Shown one piece after another: positions 1 through 8,897 of a stretch of DNA of 64,000 nt; the stretch's first letter is position 1; every line of letters begins with the position of its first letter. A program made the position numbers and the translations under genes. The stretch spans positions 5,809-69,808 of the forward strand of contig JACVJC010000007.1 in the NCBI GenBank assembly GCA_015711795.1, given 5' to 3'. Under the pieces are notes generated by a model. That model saw only the letters and a program-made list of their open reading frames with translations. It did not search any database and was not told the DNA's origin. The stretch is from Candidatus Geothermocultor quzhuomuensis (lineage in GTDB: Bacteria > Actinomycetota > Aquicultoria > Geothermocultorales > Geothermocultoraceae).

Positions 1-1038
1 CCTGAAATTACTCGACAAGGCAGAAACAATATCCTAGTGCAGTTACCGGGGATAAAACGTCCAGAAAAAGCTTTGGAGATAATTGGAAAACCAGCTTTTC
101 TGGAATTTAAAGAAGTTAAGGGAACTGACAAGAAAGGGAAAATCATTTTGGGGAAGACTGAGATGACCGGAAGATATTTAAAGGATGCCCAGGTTGATTT
201 TGATGAATTGGGTAAACCTAAGGTAAATCTTCAGTTTACCTCAGAAGGTGGAAGAAAGTTTGAGGAGGTCACTGGTCGCTTAGTCGGGAAACAACTGGCT
301 ATTGTTTTAGATGGTAAAGTTATGTCTGCTCCTCAAGTGCGAGAGAAAATTAGTGGAGGAAGGGCTGAGATAACAGGCGATTTTACTATTGATAAGGCTA
401 AGGAACTAGCACTGGTGCTTCAAACTGGTGCTTTACCTGTGAAGCTGGAAATTGAAGAGAACCGTACAGTCGGTCCAACCTTAGGTGCTGATTCACTAAG
501 AGCAGGTATAAAAGCTGGAATTATTGGTTTGATTTTAGTTGCTCTTTATATGCTTCTTTATTATCGAGGATTGGGGGGAATTACCTGTGTTGCCCTCCTT
601 GTTTTCGCCACACTTTTCTGGGGTGTCATTGTTATTATTAATAAGTTTACCTCTTGGGGCTGGCCCCTCACTCTTCCTGGAATTGCTGGAATCATCTTAA
701 CCATTGGTGTAGCTGCTGATTCCAGTATTGTTATCTTTGAGAGGGTTAAAGAAGAAGTTAAAGTAGGTAAAACACTAAGGTCAGCGGCAGATTCTGGCTT
801 TACCCATGCCTTTAAAACTATTCTTGATGCTGATTTTGTTACTTTAATTGCTGCAGTAATCCTTGTTTTTGTGGGGATAGGTCCTGTTAGGGGTTTTGCT
901 ATCTCTTTAATTTGTGGAATTTGCCTTGACTTGTTTACTGCTCTCTTTTTTACCCGACCTTTACTTGCCCTTTTAGTTCGGTTTAAACCTTTTACTCGTC
1001 CTACTCTGGTTGGAATAAAGGAGGTTGTGCCTGAATGA
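1..1038 (+). CDS. secD: Protein translocase subunit SecD (5'-truncated by window edge)
   Basis: Frame open from base 1 (PEITRQGRNNILVQLPG); motifs QLAIVLDG, VGPTLG, LTLPGIAGIILTIGVAAD, FERVKEE; overlaps secF. Confidence 0.97.
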   Translation, partial: PEITRQGRNNILVQLPGIKRPEKALEIIGKPAFLEFKEVKGTDKKGKIILGKTEMTGRYLKDAQVDFDELGKPKVNLQFTSEGGRKFEEVTGRLVGKQLAIVLDGKVMSAPQVREKISGGRAEITGDFTIDKAKELALVLQTGALPVKLEIEENRTVGPTLGADSLRAGIKAGIIGLILVALYMLLYYRGLGGITCVALLVFATLFWGVIVIINKFTSWGWPLTLPGIAGIILTIGVAADSSIVIFERVKEEVKVGKTLRSAADSGFTHAFKTILDADFVTLIAAVILVFVGIGPVRGFAISLICGICLDLFTALFFTRPLLALLVRFKPFTRPTLVGIKEVVPE

Positions 1039-1934
1039 ATTTTGATTTTATTGGGAGAAAAAAGATTTGGTTTTCGATTTCAGGAGTAATAATTGCTGCC
1101 GGGGTTATTGCCTTCTTTTTCAAAGGAATGAATTTTGGGATTGAATTTAAGGGAGGAACTATCTTTGATTTTAAGCTAAAAAGGGAAATTTCTGTGGGTG
1201 AAGCAAGGAGAGTTATGAGGCAATTTAACCTTGAGAAAAGTATTATTCAGTTAGTTGGCAAGAGAGAAATCCTTATTCGAACTCCTTCACTTTCAAGAGA
1301 AAAGCAAGTTCTCATTAGAAAAGTATTTAACCAAGAAGTGGGGATAGAAGAGATAAAATATATTCAAAATGTTGGTCCTGGTTGGGGCGCTCAGATAACT
1401 CGTGCTGCCTCATTAGCTTTGATAATTTCTCTTGTTTCTATTCTCGTTTACATTAGCTTTCGCTTTGAGTTTAAAATGGCTGTTACAGCCATTGTTGCTT
1501 TATTTCACGATCTTTTAATTACAATTGGAATTTATGCTTTAGTTGGAAGAGAAGTAACACCATCAACAGTAGCTGCTATCTTAACCATTTTAGGTTATTC
1601 TCTTTATGACACTATTGTTGTTTTCCATCGGATTAGGGAAAACGCTAAGCAGTTGGGTAAAAGAACTTATTCCATGATGGTTAATGACTCAATTAATCAA
1701 GTTTTAATGCGTTCTATTAATACTTCATTAACAACTCTTCTTCCTGTCGTTTCCCTTCTTTTAATTGGTGGGGAAACCCTAAAAGATTTTGCCTTTGCTC
1801 TCTTTGTTGGGCTGATTTCGGGTGCTTATTCTTCAATTTTTACAGCAAGCCCCCTTCTTGCTCTTTGGAAAGAAACAGAGCCATACTACAAGAGCTTAAA
1901 GAAGAAATATGGTAAAATTAATGCTAAGAACTGA
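1035..1934 (+). CDS. secF: Protein translocase subunit SecF
   Basis: GIEFKGGT, GYSLYDTIVVFHRIRE, RSINTSLTT; ATGA overlap with secD. Confidence 0.97.
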   Translation: MNFDFIGRKKIWFSISGVIIAAGVIAFFFKGMNFGIEFKGGTIFDFKLKREISVGEARRVMRQFNLEKSIIQLVGKREILIRTPSLSREKQVLIRKVFNQEVGIEEIKYIQNVGPGWGAQITRAASLALIISLVSILVYISFRFEFKMAVTAIVALFHDLLITIGIYALVGREVTPSTVAAILTILGYSLYDTIVVFHRIRENAKQLGKRTYSMMVNDSINQVLMRSINTSLTTLLPVVSLLLIGGETLKDFAFALFVGLISGAYSSIFTASPLLALWKETEPYYKSLKKKYGKINAKN

Positions 1935-1978
1935 AGAGACAAGAATAATTCAGATTGACTTTAGTGGGGGTGAATAAA

Positions 1979-2296
1979 TTGAAAGATTTGTTAGAAAAAG
2001 GGTTACTTTTTACCCTTGGAGCTTGGCTTTATCTTCACGAAAAGGCTGATGAAGTTATCAAAGATTTAATTGAGAAAGGTAAAGTTGCTCCAGAAGAAGG
2101 ACGCAAGTTTTTAGATGAATTTTCGGTTAGAGTCGAGAAAGAAAAGGAAGAAATCAAAGAAACCATAGCTGACCTTTTACAAGCTTCCTTTAAAGACTTC
2201 GGGTTCCTAACTAAGAAAGATATTGTGGAGTTAGTTAATCGATTAGAAAAGCTAGAAAATAAAGTTGCCCACCTAGAGAAAAAATCTCCAAAGTAA
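1979..2296 (+). CDS. Phasin-like small coiled-coil protein
   Basis: LIEKGKV..EEGRKF and TKKDI..L..RLEKLE pattern; probable TTG start at 1979 after GGGGGTG SD (ORF track start 1955); upstream of ABC1 kinase. Confidence 0.7.
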   Translation: MKDLLEKGLLFTLGAWLYLHEKADEVIKDLIEKGKVAPEEGRKFLDEFSVRVEKEKEEIKETIADLLQASFKDFGFLTKKDIVELVNRLEKLENKVAHLEKKSPK

Positions 2297-2635
2297 AAAA
2301 GGAAAACTTAAGATCCAAAAAACTAAATACCAATCGGGAGCAGTATTTAAAGGCTAGGGTTCAGGATTCAGCGAACATCAGTGCTCAAATATTAGTGTTC
2401 AGAGTTCAGTCAAAATTCATTAGATCCTAGATCCTAACAACTAAATCCTAAAAATATTTAGATTTTAAACATTTGAATTTAGAATTCTCGCCTACCAAAG
2501 CTGAGTGCGATAAGAACTCTCTAACAAATGTTTAACAAGTAAACAGAAAAGAAAGGTGGAAAGATAAAGTTTTCTTAGAAAAGCTTGGTTTGAGTAGGCA
2601 GGTGTTTGGGATTTAAATTTTAAGATTTAGTATTT

Positions 2636-4288
2636 ATGTTAGAAAAGGGGATATTTTTGAGAGGAAGAAGAAGGAAAAGCATTAGAAGGCTTGTAAAAAT
2701 TGGTCAAATTGCGTTAAAGCATGGATTTGGCTATTTTCTAGAAAAATTTGGCCTTTTGCAGCTGTTGCCAGGGGGGGAAAAACAAACTTTTACCCCGCCT
2801 CCCTTAGAAACAATTGGTCGTCGCTTAAGACTTCTTCTAGAGGATTTAGGTCCAACCTTCGTTAAGGTAGGGCAGCTTTTAAGTGTTCGCCCTGATTTAG
2901 TCCCTCCGGATGTTTTATTTGAACTTGAGAAACTACAAGATAAAGTTCCTCCTTTTCCTTTTGAACTGGCTAAAAAAATTATTGAAGAAGAGCTAGAGAG
3001 AAAGATTGATGAAGTCTTTTCGCATTTTAATCCTGAGGTAATTGCTTCTGCCTCCATTGGCCAGGTTTATGAAGCCTTTCTTAAGAATGGAGAAAAGGTA
3101 GCGGTAAAGATTCAAAGACCTGGCTCGAAAGAAATGATTGAAAGTGATTTGGACTTATTTTTCTTTCTTTCGGAACTTCTTAAGGAGAGAGTCCCCTTTA
3201 TCGACTTGGTTGGAGTGGCTCAAGAGTTTTCCGATTCCCTTCACCGAGAACTTGATTATCGGATTGAAGGCCGTCATATCGACCGTTTCCGAGAAAACTT
3301 TCGCCTCGAGCCTTTAATAAAAATTCCCATCGTTTACTGGAATTATACTACTAAAAGAGTTCTTACCCTTGAATATGTTGAGGGAACAAAGGTTAGTGAT
3401 TTAGCAACGCCGGAAAGGGCAGGAATTGATACTTATTCTTTAGCTATTAAGGGTGCTCAAGCTTTTATGAAGCAGGTTTTAGAAGATGGCTTTTTCCATG
3501 GTGACCTCCATCCAGCTAATGTATTGATTACTCCCGATGGGAAAATTGGTTACCTTGATTTTGGAATAGTGGGTGAATTGAAAGAAGAAGATAAAGAGAT
3601 AATTACCAATTTACTTTCGGGAATTGTTCGCCAAGATGCAGAAAAGATTGTTGAGGAAGCAGAGAAGTTAGGGGTAGAGATACCAAGGAATAAGATTCCT
3701 CAAATGAAAACAGAGCTAAAAGAAATATTAGACCGATATTACGGAAGAACCCTTGGCGAACTTCAAATTGATATTATTGGAAAAGAATTCCTGTCTCTCA
3801 TTTACCGTCATAAGTTAAGGATTCCTAAAGAATATGCTCTTTTGGCAAAAGCCTTAATTACCATTGAAGGGGTGGCTAAGAAGCTTTATCCTCAAATAAA
3901 TATAATTGAAGTGGCTAAGCCTTACGTTTACGAGGTTTTGAGGAAGAGATATTCAAGAGAAAAGATGGTTAAGGACTTATATGAGGAGTTAAAGAAATAT
4001 TCCTTTTACGCCATCGATTTGCCAAAACAAGTTTACTCAATTTTGGGACAGCTTCGGCGGGGTGAAATGCAAATAAAATATAGGTATGTCGGTCTTGAGG
4101 AGCTTTCTTCTAGTATAAAAGAAGCTTCAAAATCAATATCAGTTGGTCTAGTTTTAGCCTCTTTAATCTTTTCCCTTCCCCTCATTGTTCTTCTCTTTAA
4201 TTTTTATCCACTTTGGGGAATATTGGTTTTAATTTTTATCTTACTAATTTTATCCATTTTCTTATTTATTTCCCGCCAAAAAAGCTAA
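2636..4288 (+). CDS. AarF/ABC1/UbiB family atypical kinase
   Basis: LGPTFVKVGQLLS, ASASIGQVY, VAVKIQRP, FFHGDLHPAN, LDFGIVG; two C-terminal hydrophobic helices. Confidence 0.93.
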   Translation: MLEKGIFLRGRRRKSIRRLVKIGQIALKHGFGYFLEKFGLLQLLPGGEKQTFTPPPLETIGRRLRLLLEDLGPTFVKVGQLLSVRPDLVPPDVLFELEKLQDKVPPFPFELAKKIIEEELERKIDEVFSHFNPEVIASASIGQVYEAFLKNGEKVAVKIQRPGSKEMIESDLDLFFFLSELLKERVPFIDLVGVAQEFSDSLHRELDYRIEGRHIDRFRENFRLEPLIKIPIVYWNYTTKRVLTLEYVEGTKVSDLATPERAGIDTYSLAIKGAQAFMKQVLEDGFFHGDLHPANVLITPDGKIGYLDFGIVGELKEEDKEIITNLLSGIVRQDAEKIVEEAEKLGVEIPRNKIPQMKTELKEILDRYYGRTLGELQIDIIGKEFLSLIYRHKLRIPKEYALLAKALITIEGVAKKLYPQINIIEVAKPYVYEVLRKRYSREKMVKDLYEELKKYSFYAIDLPKQVYSILGQLRRGEMQIKYRYVGLEELSSSIKEASKSISVGLVLASLIFSLPLIVLLFNFYPLWGILVLIFILLILSIFLFISRQKS

Positions 4289-4392
4289 ACTAGAGCTGAG
4301 GACTGAAGCAAAATGCCTTAATTTCCTTTTTGCTAACTCACTGGAGTTTATTAGGTGCTTTCTAACAATTCCGAGAAAGTGAGAAAAACAAC

Positions 4393-4590
4393 TTATTGGA
4401 ATTTTTTCTTACTAGTCTTTTTGCCTCGAGACTTCTTTTTCTCAAGTTTTACCCCTCTCAAAACTTCTTCCTAAGAAATTGATGGCTCCTCCTTTATTCT
4501 ATCTACGAAAGCTTTAAACCTTTTTCTTTTTAAGTGACCTCAAAACAAGTGGTGTTTTTGCTTAAGCTCTTTTAATCCTATCAATGCCAT
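4393..4590 (-). pseudogene. Possible decayed Phd/YefM-like antitoxin
   Basis: Minus strand reads MALIGLKELKQK / frameshift / TPLVLRSLKKKKV / RFKAFVDRIKEEPSIS*EEVLRG; AAGGA upstream of the ATG. Confidence 0.35.
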
Positions 4591-4801
4591 AGAGGAGTCC
4601 TTAGTGTTACTTATATAACTACTTTAAGAAAAGTTAAGCTTTATGTCAGCCTGTAATATATGCAATGTTGGATTAGAGGACGGACCTTTTTACCTTTTAT
4701 TTTATTGCCAGCAATTACCTAATTTTGGTAATAACTTTTCTGATGTAAGTCTTTAAGATATTACTTTCAATTTTCTTCTTTTTTATCAGTTCAAAAAGAT
4801 A

Positions 4802-4830
4802 TTGACAACTCAAAGCTTGAGTTGTACAAT
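4802..4830 (+). promoter_or_regulatory. Sigma70-type promoter of the TA operon with overlapping operator palindrome
   Basis: TTGACA(4802-4807)-N17-TACAAT(4825-4830); perfect inverted repeat ACAACTCAA-agc-TTGAGTTGT (4805-4825). Confidence 0.85.
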
Positions 4831-4836
4831 TAGGCC

Positions 4837-5226
4837 ATGGAAATTGTAGCAGATGTAAGCGCATTTCTGGCTGTTGTTCTCAATGAGAGTGACCGCGATT
4901 GGCTTATTTATAAAACCGCCGGACGAAGCATTGTTTCACCGGAAGTTTTACCTTATGAAGTTGGCAATGCCTTAATCGCTATAAGAAGAAAAGGACACCT
5001 TAATGATCGAGAAATCCTTCGGGCGTTTGACCTGTCGCAGCGAATAGCAGTTAGGTTGGTGTCAGTCAAGATACATGAGGCGATGAAAATCGCTTTGCGG
5101 TTCAACATCAATGCTTATGATGCGTACTATCTCCAGTGCTGCATAGAAAACAAATTGCCTCTCATTAGCCTTGATGATCGCATATGTGGAGTTGCAGGAG
5201 ATCTTGGAATAGAGGTGGTGGAGTAA
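4837..5226 (+). CDS. PIN-domain (VapC-like) toxin
   Basis: IVADVSA, PYEVGNA, AYDAYYL, LISLD acidic PIN residues; 129 aa. Confidence 0.9.
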   Translation: MEIVADVSAFLAVVLNESDRDWLIYKTAGRSIVSPEVLPYEVGNALIAIRRKGHLNDREILRAFDLSQRIAVRLVSVKIHEAMKIALRFNINAYDAYYLQCCIENKLPLISLDDRICGVAGDLGIEVVE

Positions 5227-5229
5227 CTT

Positions 5230-5451
5230 ATGAAGATTTATACCTATTCACAAGCTCGCGCGAAACTGGCAGACATACTTGAAGAGTCTAAGAAAGAAGA
5301 AGTCATCATTCGGCGTCGAAGAGGGGATATGTTTTCTATTGTGCCAAAAACACCCTCTCGTCGTTCTCCCTTTGATGTGCCGGGCTTGCGTAAAAAGATT
5401 ACCCGAAAAGAAATATTAGAGGCGATACGCGAATCAAGGGAAAAGGCATAA
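5230..5451 (+). CDS. Phd/YefM family antitoxin
   Basis: MKIYTYSQARAKLADILE..EEVIIRRR N-terminus; 3 nt downstream of the PIN gene. Confidence 0.88.
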   Translation: MKIYTYSQARAKLADILEESKKEEVIIRRRRGDMFSIVPKTPSRRSPFDVPGLRKKITRKEILEAIRESREKA

Positions 5452-5501
5452 TATCACTGCTGAGGACAGCTAATCGCCACCGCTGAGCACGGGCGTTGTT
5501 T
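5446..5501 (+). other. Degenerate integron attC-like site
   Basis: GCATAAT-N5-TGCT...CAGC...GCTG-AGCA-N5-GTT, 56 bp, overlapping the antitoxin stop; both R boxes imperfect. Confidence 0.4.
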
Positions 5502-5606
5502 CCACCATTTATGATAGGACAGTTGGAATATTTACTTTCGCTTCTATTAGATGTAGGTTGAATTTGTTAAAATTAATAAGGCAATGGTTTTTACCCCTTT
5601 TGAAGG

Positions 5607-7775
5607 GTGTTGGTTTATATGCTTACTAAAACTCCAGTTGAAGACCTGATTAAAAAAATAAAAACTTATAATCCTTTAGTCGATACTGACTTAATTAATC
5701 GAGCTTACGAGTTTGCCAATAAATTACACTCAAAGCAGTATCGAGATTCTGGCGAAATTTTTATTACTCATCCTTTAGAAGTTGCTAACATCTGTGCTGA
5801 TTTGGGCTTAGATACTGTGACTATTGCTGCTGCTTTACTTCATGATGTGATTGAAGATACTCCTGCTTCTCTCTCTCAAGTTAAGAAAGAGTTTGGGGAA
5901 GAAATTGCTACACTGGTTGATGGGGTGACTAAACTGGAGAAGTTGAAATTTAGGGTGGAGGAAGAACAAGCTGAGAATTTAAGGAAAATGCTGGTCGCAA
6001 TGGCAAAGGACATAAGAGTTATCTTGATAAAATTGGCTGACCGCCTTCACAATATGCGAACAGCTGATCATATTCATCCAGAGAAACAAAAGGAAAAAGC
6101 TGAAGAAACTCTTGAAATATATGCTCCTTTAGCTCACCGTTTGGGCATTTCTCAGCTTAAATCGGAACTGGAAGACCTTTCTTTTGCTATTTTGGAGCCG
6201 AAAAGATATGCTCAAGTGAGAAAGCTGGTAGCTGAAACAAAAGAAGCAAGGGAAGCTTATCTTAAAGAAGTTATTAATGCTTTAAGCAAGGAATTAGAAA
6301 AGGTGGGCATTAAGGGTGAAATTGTAGGACGGGCTAAGCATTTTTACAGCATTTATCAGAAAATGAAGCAACGAGGTAAAGATTTTAATGAAATTCATGA
6401 CCTCTCAGCAGTTCGAATAATTGTTGATACAGTTAAGGATTGTTATGCATCACTTGGGGTTGTTCACACCCTTTGGAAACCAATTCCTGGGAGATTTAAG
6501 GATTACATTGCAATGCCTAAGTTTAATATGTATCAAACCCTTCACACTTCAGTTATTGGACCGCAAGGGAAGCAATTAGAGGTTCAAATCAGGACAAAGG
6601 AAATGCACCGCATAGCTGAGTTTGGTATTGCTGCCCATTGGCGCTACAAAGAAGGAATGAAAGAGCCCAACAAGTTTGAAGAAAGGTTAGCTTGGCTAGC
6701 TCAAATGCTTGAATGGGAAAGCGAACTTAAAGACCCAAGAGAATTTATGAAAGCTTTAAAAATTGACCTTTTTGAAGATGAGGTTTTTGTTTTTACCCCC
6801 AAAGGGGATGTCATAAGCTTACCTGTAGGTTCTTCCCCAGTCGATTTTGCTTATGCTATTCATACAGAAGTTGGCCATAGCTGTGTTGGGGCGAAAGTTA
6901 ATAATGCTATTGTCCCTCTTGATTATAAACTCCAGATGGGGGATATTGTTGAGATAATGACTTCTAAGTCAGCGAGTGGTCCAAGCCGAGACTGGCTTTA
7001 CTTCACTCGAACATCTCGAGCTCGAAACAAAATAAGGCAGTGGTTTAGCAAGGAAGTTAGAGAAGACAGTATTAATCTAGGGAAAGAAGCCTTACAAAAG
7101 ATTCTGCGCAAGCATGGTTTAAGCTTAAAAGTTTCTTTAGATTCATCCTTGCTTAACTCAATAGCCAAGGAGTTTAACTTTGCTCATTCAGATGACCTTT
7201 ACGCAAGTATTGGGGCAGGAAATATTTCCCCGAAGCAGGTAGTCACAAAAATAATCCAGTCACTCTCAGATCGAGAAAGGTTAGCTAAACCCACTGTTGC
7301 TAAGCACCGTCCTAAGAAAGTAGTTAGTGCGGGGGTTAGGGTGAAGGGAGTTGAAGATATTTTAATCAGGCTGGCTAGATGTTGTAACCCTGTTCCTTAT
7401 GATGAGATAATTGGTTTTGTCACTCAGGGAAGAGGAGTTTCTGTCCATCGGAAAGATTGTCACAATGTTCAAGACTTTTTATTATTTCCTGACCGGCTAG
7501 TTGAAGTAGTTTGGGATATTAAAAAGCCTGGTACATTTACGATTGAAATTCGGGTTGAAGCAATTGATAGAACAAAACTTTTACGAGATGTTAGCACTGT
7601 TATTAGTGATGCAGGGGTAAATATTCTTTCAGCTAATGTTACAACAACTAAGGATGGTTTAGCTTTTCTCCGTTTTGTCTTTGAGATTGGAAACCTCTCT
7701 CTTTTAGATAAAATTCTTGAAGAAGTGAAGAAAGTTGATTCTGTTTTTGATGCTTATCGGGTTTTACCTTCTTAA
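5607..7775 (+). CDS. rel: Bifunctional (p)ppGpp synthetase/hydrolase Rel
   Basis: HD motif LLHDVIED, KLADRLHNMRT, RFKDYIA, TGS (VFVFTPKG), CCNP, C-terminal ACT; start may be ATG 5619. Confidence 0.97.
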   Translation: MLVYMLTKTPVEDLIKKIKTYNPLVDTDLINRAYEFANKLHSKQYRDSGEIFITHPLEVANICADLGLDTVTIAAALLHDVIEDTPASLSQVKKEFGEEIATLVDGVTKLEKLKFRVEEEQAENLRKMLVAMAKDIRVILIKLADRLHNMRTADHIHPEKQKEKAEETLEIYAPLAHRLGISQLKSELEDLSFAILEPKRYAQVRKLVAETKEAREAYLKEVINALSKELEKVGIKGEIVGRAKHFYSIYQKMKQRGKDFNEIHDLSAVRIIVDTVKDCYASLGVVHTLWKPIPGRFKDYIAMPKFNMYQTLHTSVIGPQGKQLEVQIRTKEMHRIAEFGIAAHWRYKEGMKEPNKFEERLAWLAQMLEWESELKDPREFMKALKIDLFEDEVFVFTPKGDVISLPVGSSPVDFAYAIHTEVGHSCVGAKVNNAIVPLDYKLQMGDIVEIMTSKSASGPSRDWLYFTRTSRARNKIRQWFSKEVREDSINLGKEALQKILRKHGLSLKVSLDSSLLNSIAKEFNFAHSDDLYASIGAGNISPKQVVTKIIQSLSDRERLAKPTVAKHRPKKVVSAGVRVKGVEDILIRLARCCNPVPYDEIIGFVTQGRGVSVHRKDCHNVQDFLLFPDRLVEVVWDIKKPGTFTIEIRVEAIDRTKLLRDVSTVISDAGVNILSANVTTTKDGLAFLRFVFEIGNLSLLDKILEEVKKVDSVFDAYRVLPS

Positions 7776-7856
7776 TTTATTTATTCCTCTTTCAGTAGAA
7801 TGAAAGTTCTATTTTGTGTTAAAATTCCTTGAAATTCCTTATTTTTGAGGTGTTGT

Positions 7857-8306
7857 TTGAGGGCTGTTGTTCAAAGAGTGAAAAGCGGAAGTGTTTTAGT
7901 TGACCAGGAAATTTTGGCTCAAATTAAGAGGGGATTAGTTGTTTTTCTTGGCGTGAGTAAAGATGATAATGAAGAAGATGCTAAATTAATCGCTGAGAAG
8001 CTGGCTAACTTGCGAATATTCGATGATAGTGAAGGAAAATTAAATCTTTCTCTTCGAGAGGTTGGAGGGGAAGTTCTTATTGTTTCTCAGTTTACGCTCT
8101 ATGGAGATTGTCGAAAAGGGCATCGTCCTAGTTTTGATCAAGCAGCTTATCCTAAAAAAGCTTTACCCCTTTATCAGAAAGTTATTAACCTTCTTTCAGC
8201 TCAAGGGTTAGGGGTTAAGGAAGGAACATTTGGGAAAAAGATGCTAGTTAAAATTGATAATGATGGGCCAGTAACCCTTTTGCTCGATAGTAAAAAAATA
8301 TTTTAG
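7857..8306 (+). CDS. dtd: D-aminoacyl-tRNA deacylase
   Basis: RAVVQRV, VSQFTL, NDGPVT; TTG start after GAGGTG. Confidence 0.96.
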   Translation: MRAVVQRVKSGSVLVDQEILAQIKRGLVVFLGVSKDDNEEDAKLIAEKLANLRIFDDSEGKLNLSLREVGGEVLIVSQFTLYGDCRKGHRPSFDQAAYPKKALPLYQKVINLLSAQGLGVKEGTFGKKMLVKIDNDGPVTLLLDSKKIF

Positions 8307-8316
8307 GAGAATTTAA

Positions 8317-8895
8317 GTGATTATCGAAAAACTGGTTGTTGGACCTCTTTTTACTAATTGCTACATCTTAGCGGCTGGGAAAGGTTCAGAGGCAGTTATT
8401 ATTGACCCAGGTGCAGAAGCCAATCGAATTTTAAAGACTTTAAGGGAATTTGAATTCAAATTAAGATTTATTCTTTTAACTCATAGCCATTTTGACCATA
8501 TTGGAGCAGTTCAAGAAGTTGCACAAGCAACTCACGCTAAGATTTGTCTTTACCAAGATGGAGAGAGTATTCCTTTTATCCCTGACATTTTTTTAAAGGA
8601 AAGTAAAGATATTCTTATTGATGGCTTGACTTTAGAGATTATTTATACCCCTGGGCATTCTCAAGATAGTGTTTCCCTTTACTTTCCAGGTCATTTGTTC
8701 ACTGGTGATCTCCTTTTTGCTGGTTCAGTTGGAAGAACGGACTTGGCAGGTGGCTCGATGAAAGATTTAATCTCCTCGCTAAAAGAAAAAATTTTGAGTT
8801 TACCCGATGATACACTAATTTTTCCTGGTCATGGTCCTGAGACAAAGCTTGGTCTGGAAAAAAAGTCAAACTACTTCTTAAAGGAGGTTTTTTAA
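8317..8895 (+). CDS. MBL-fold metallo-hydrolase (glyoxalase II-like)
   Basis: THSHFDH, TPGHS, TGDLLF, PGHG; usual dtd-MBL-hisS context. Confidence 0.92.
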   Translation: MIIEKLVVGPLFTNCYILAAGKGSEAVIIDPGAEANRILKTLREFEFKLRFILLTHSHFDHIGAVQEVAQATHAKICLYQDGESIPFIPDIFLKESKDILIDGLTLEIIYTPGHSQDSVSLYFPGHLFTGDLLFAGSVGRTDLAGGSMKDLISSLKEKILSLPDDTLIFPGHGPETKLGLEKKSNYFLKEVF

Positions 8896-8897
8896 TT

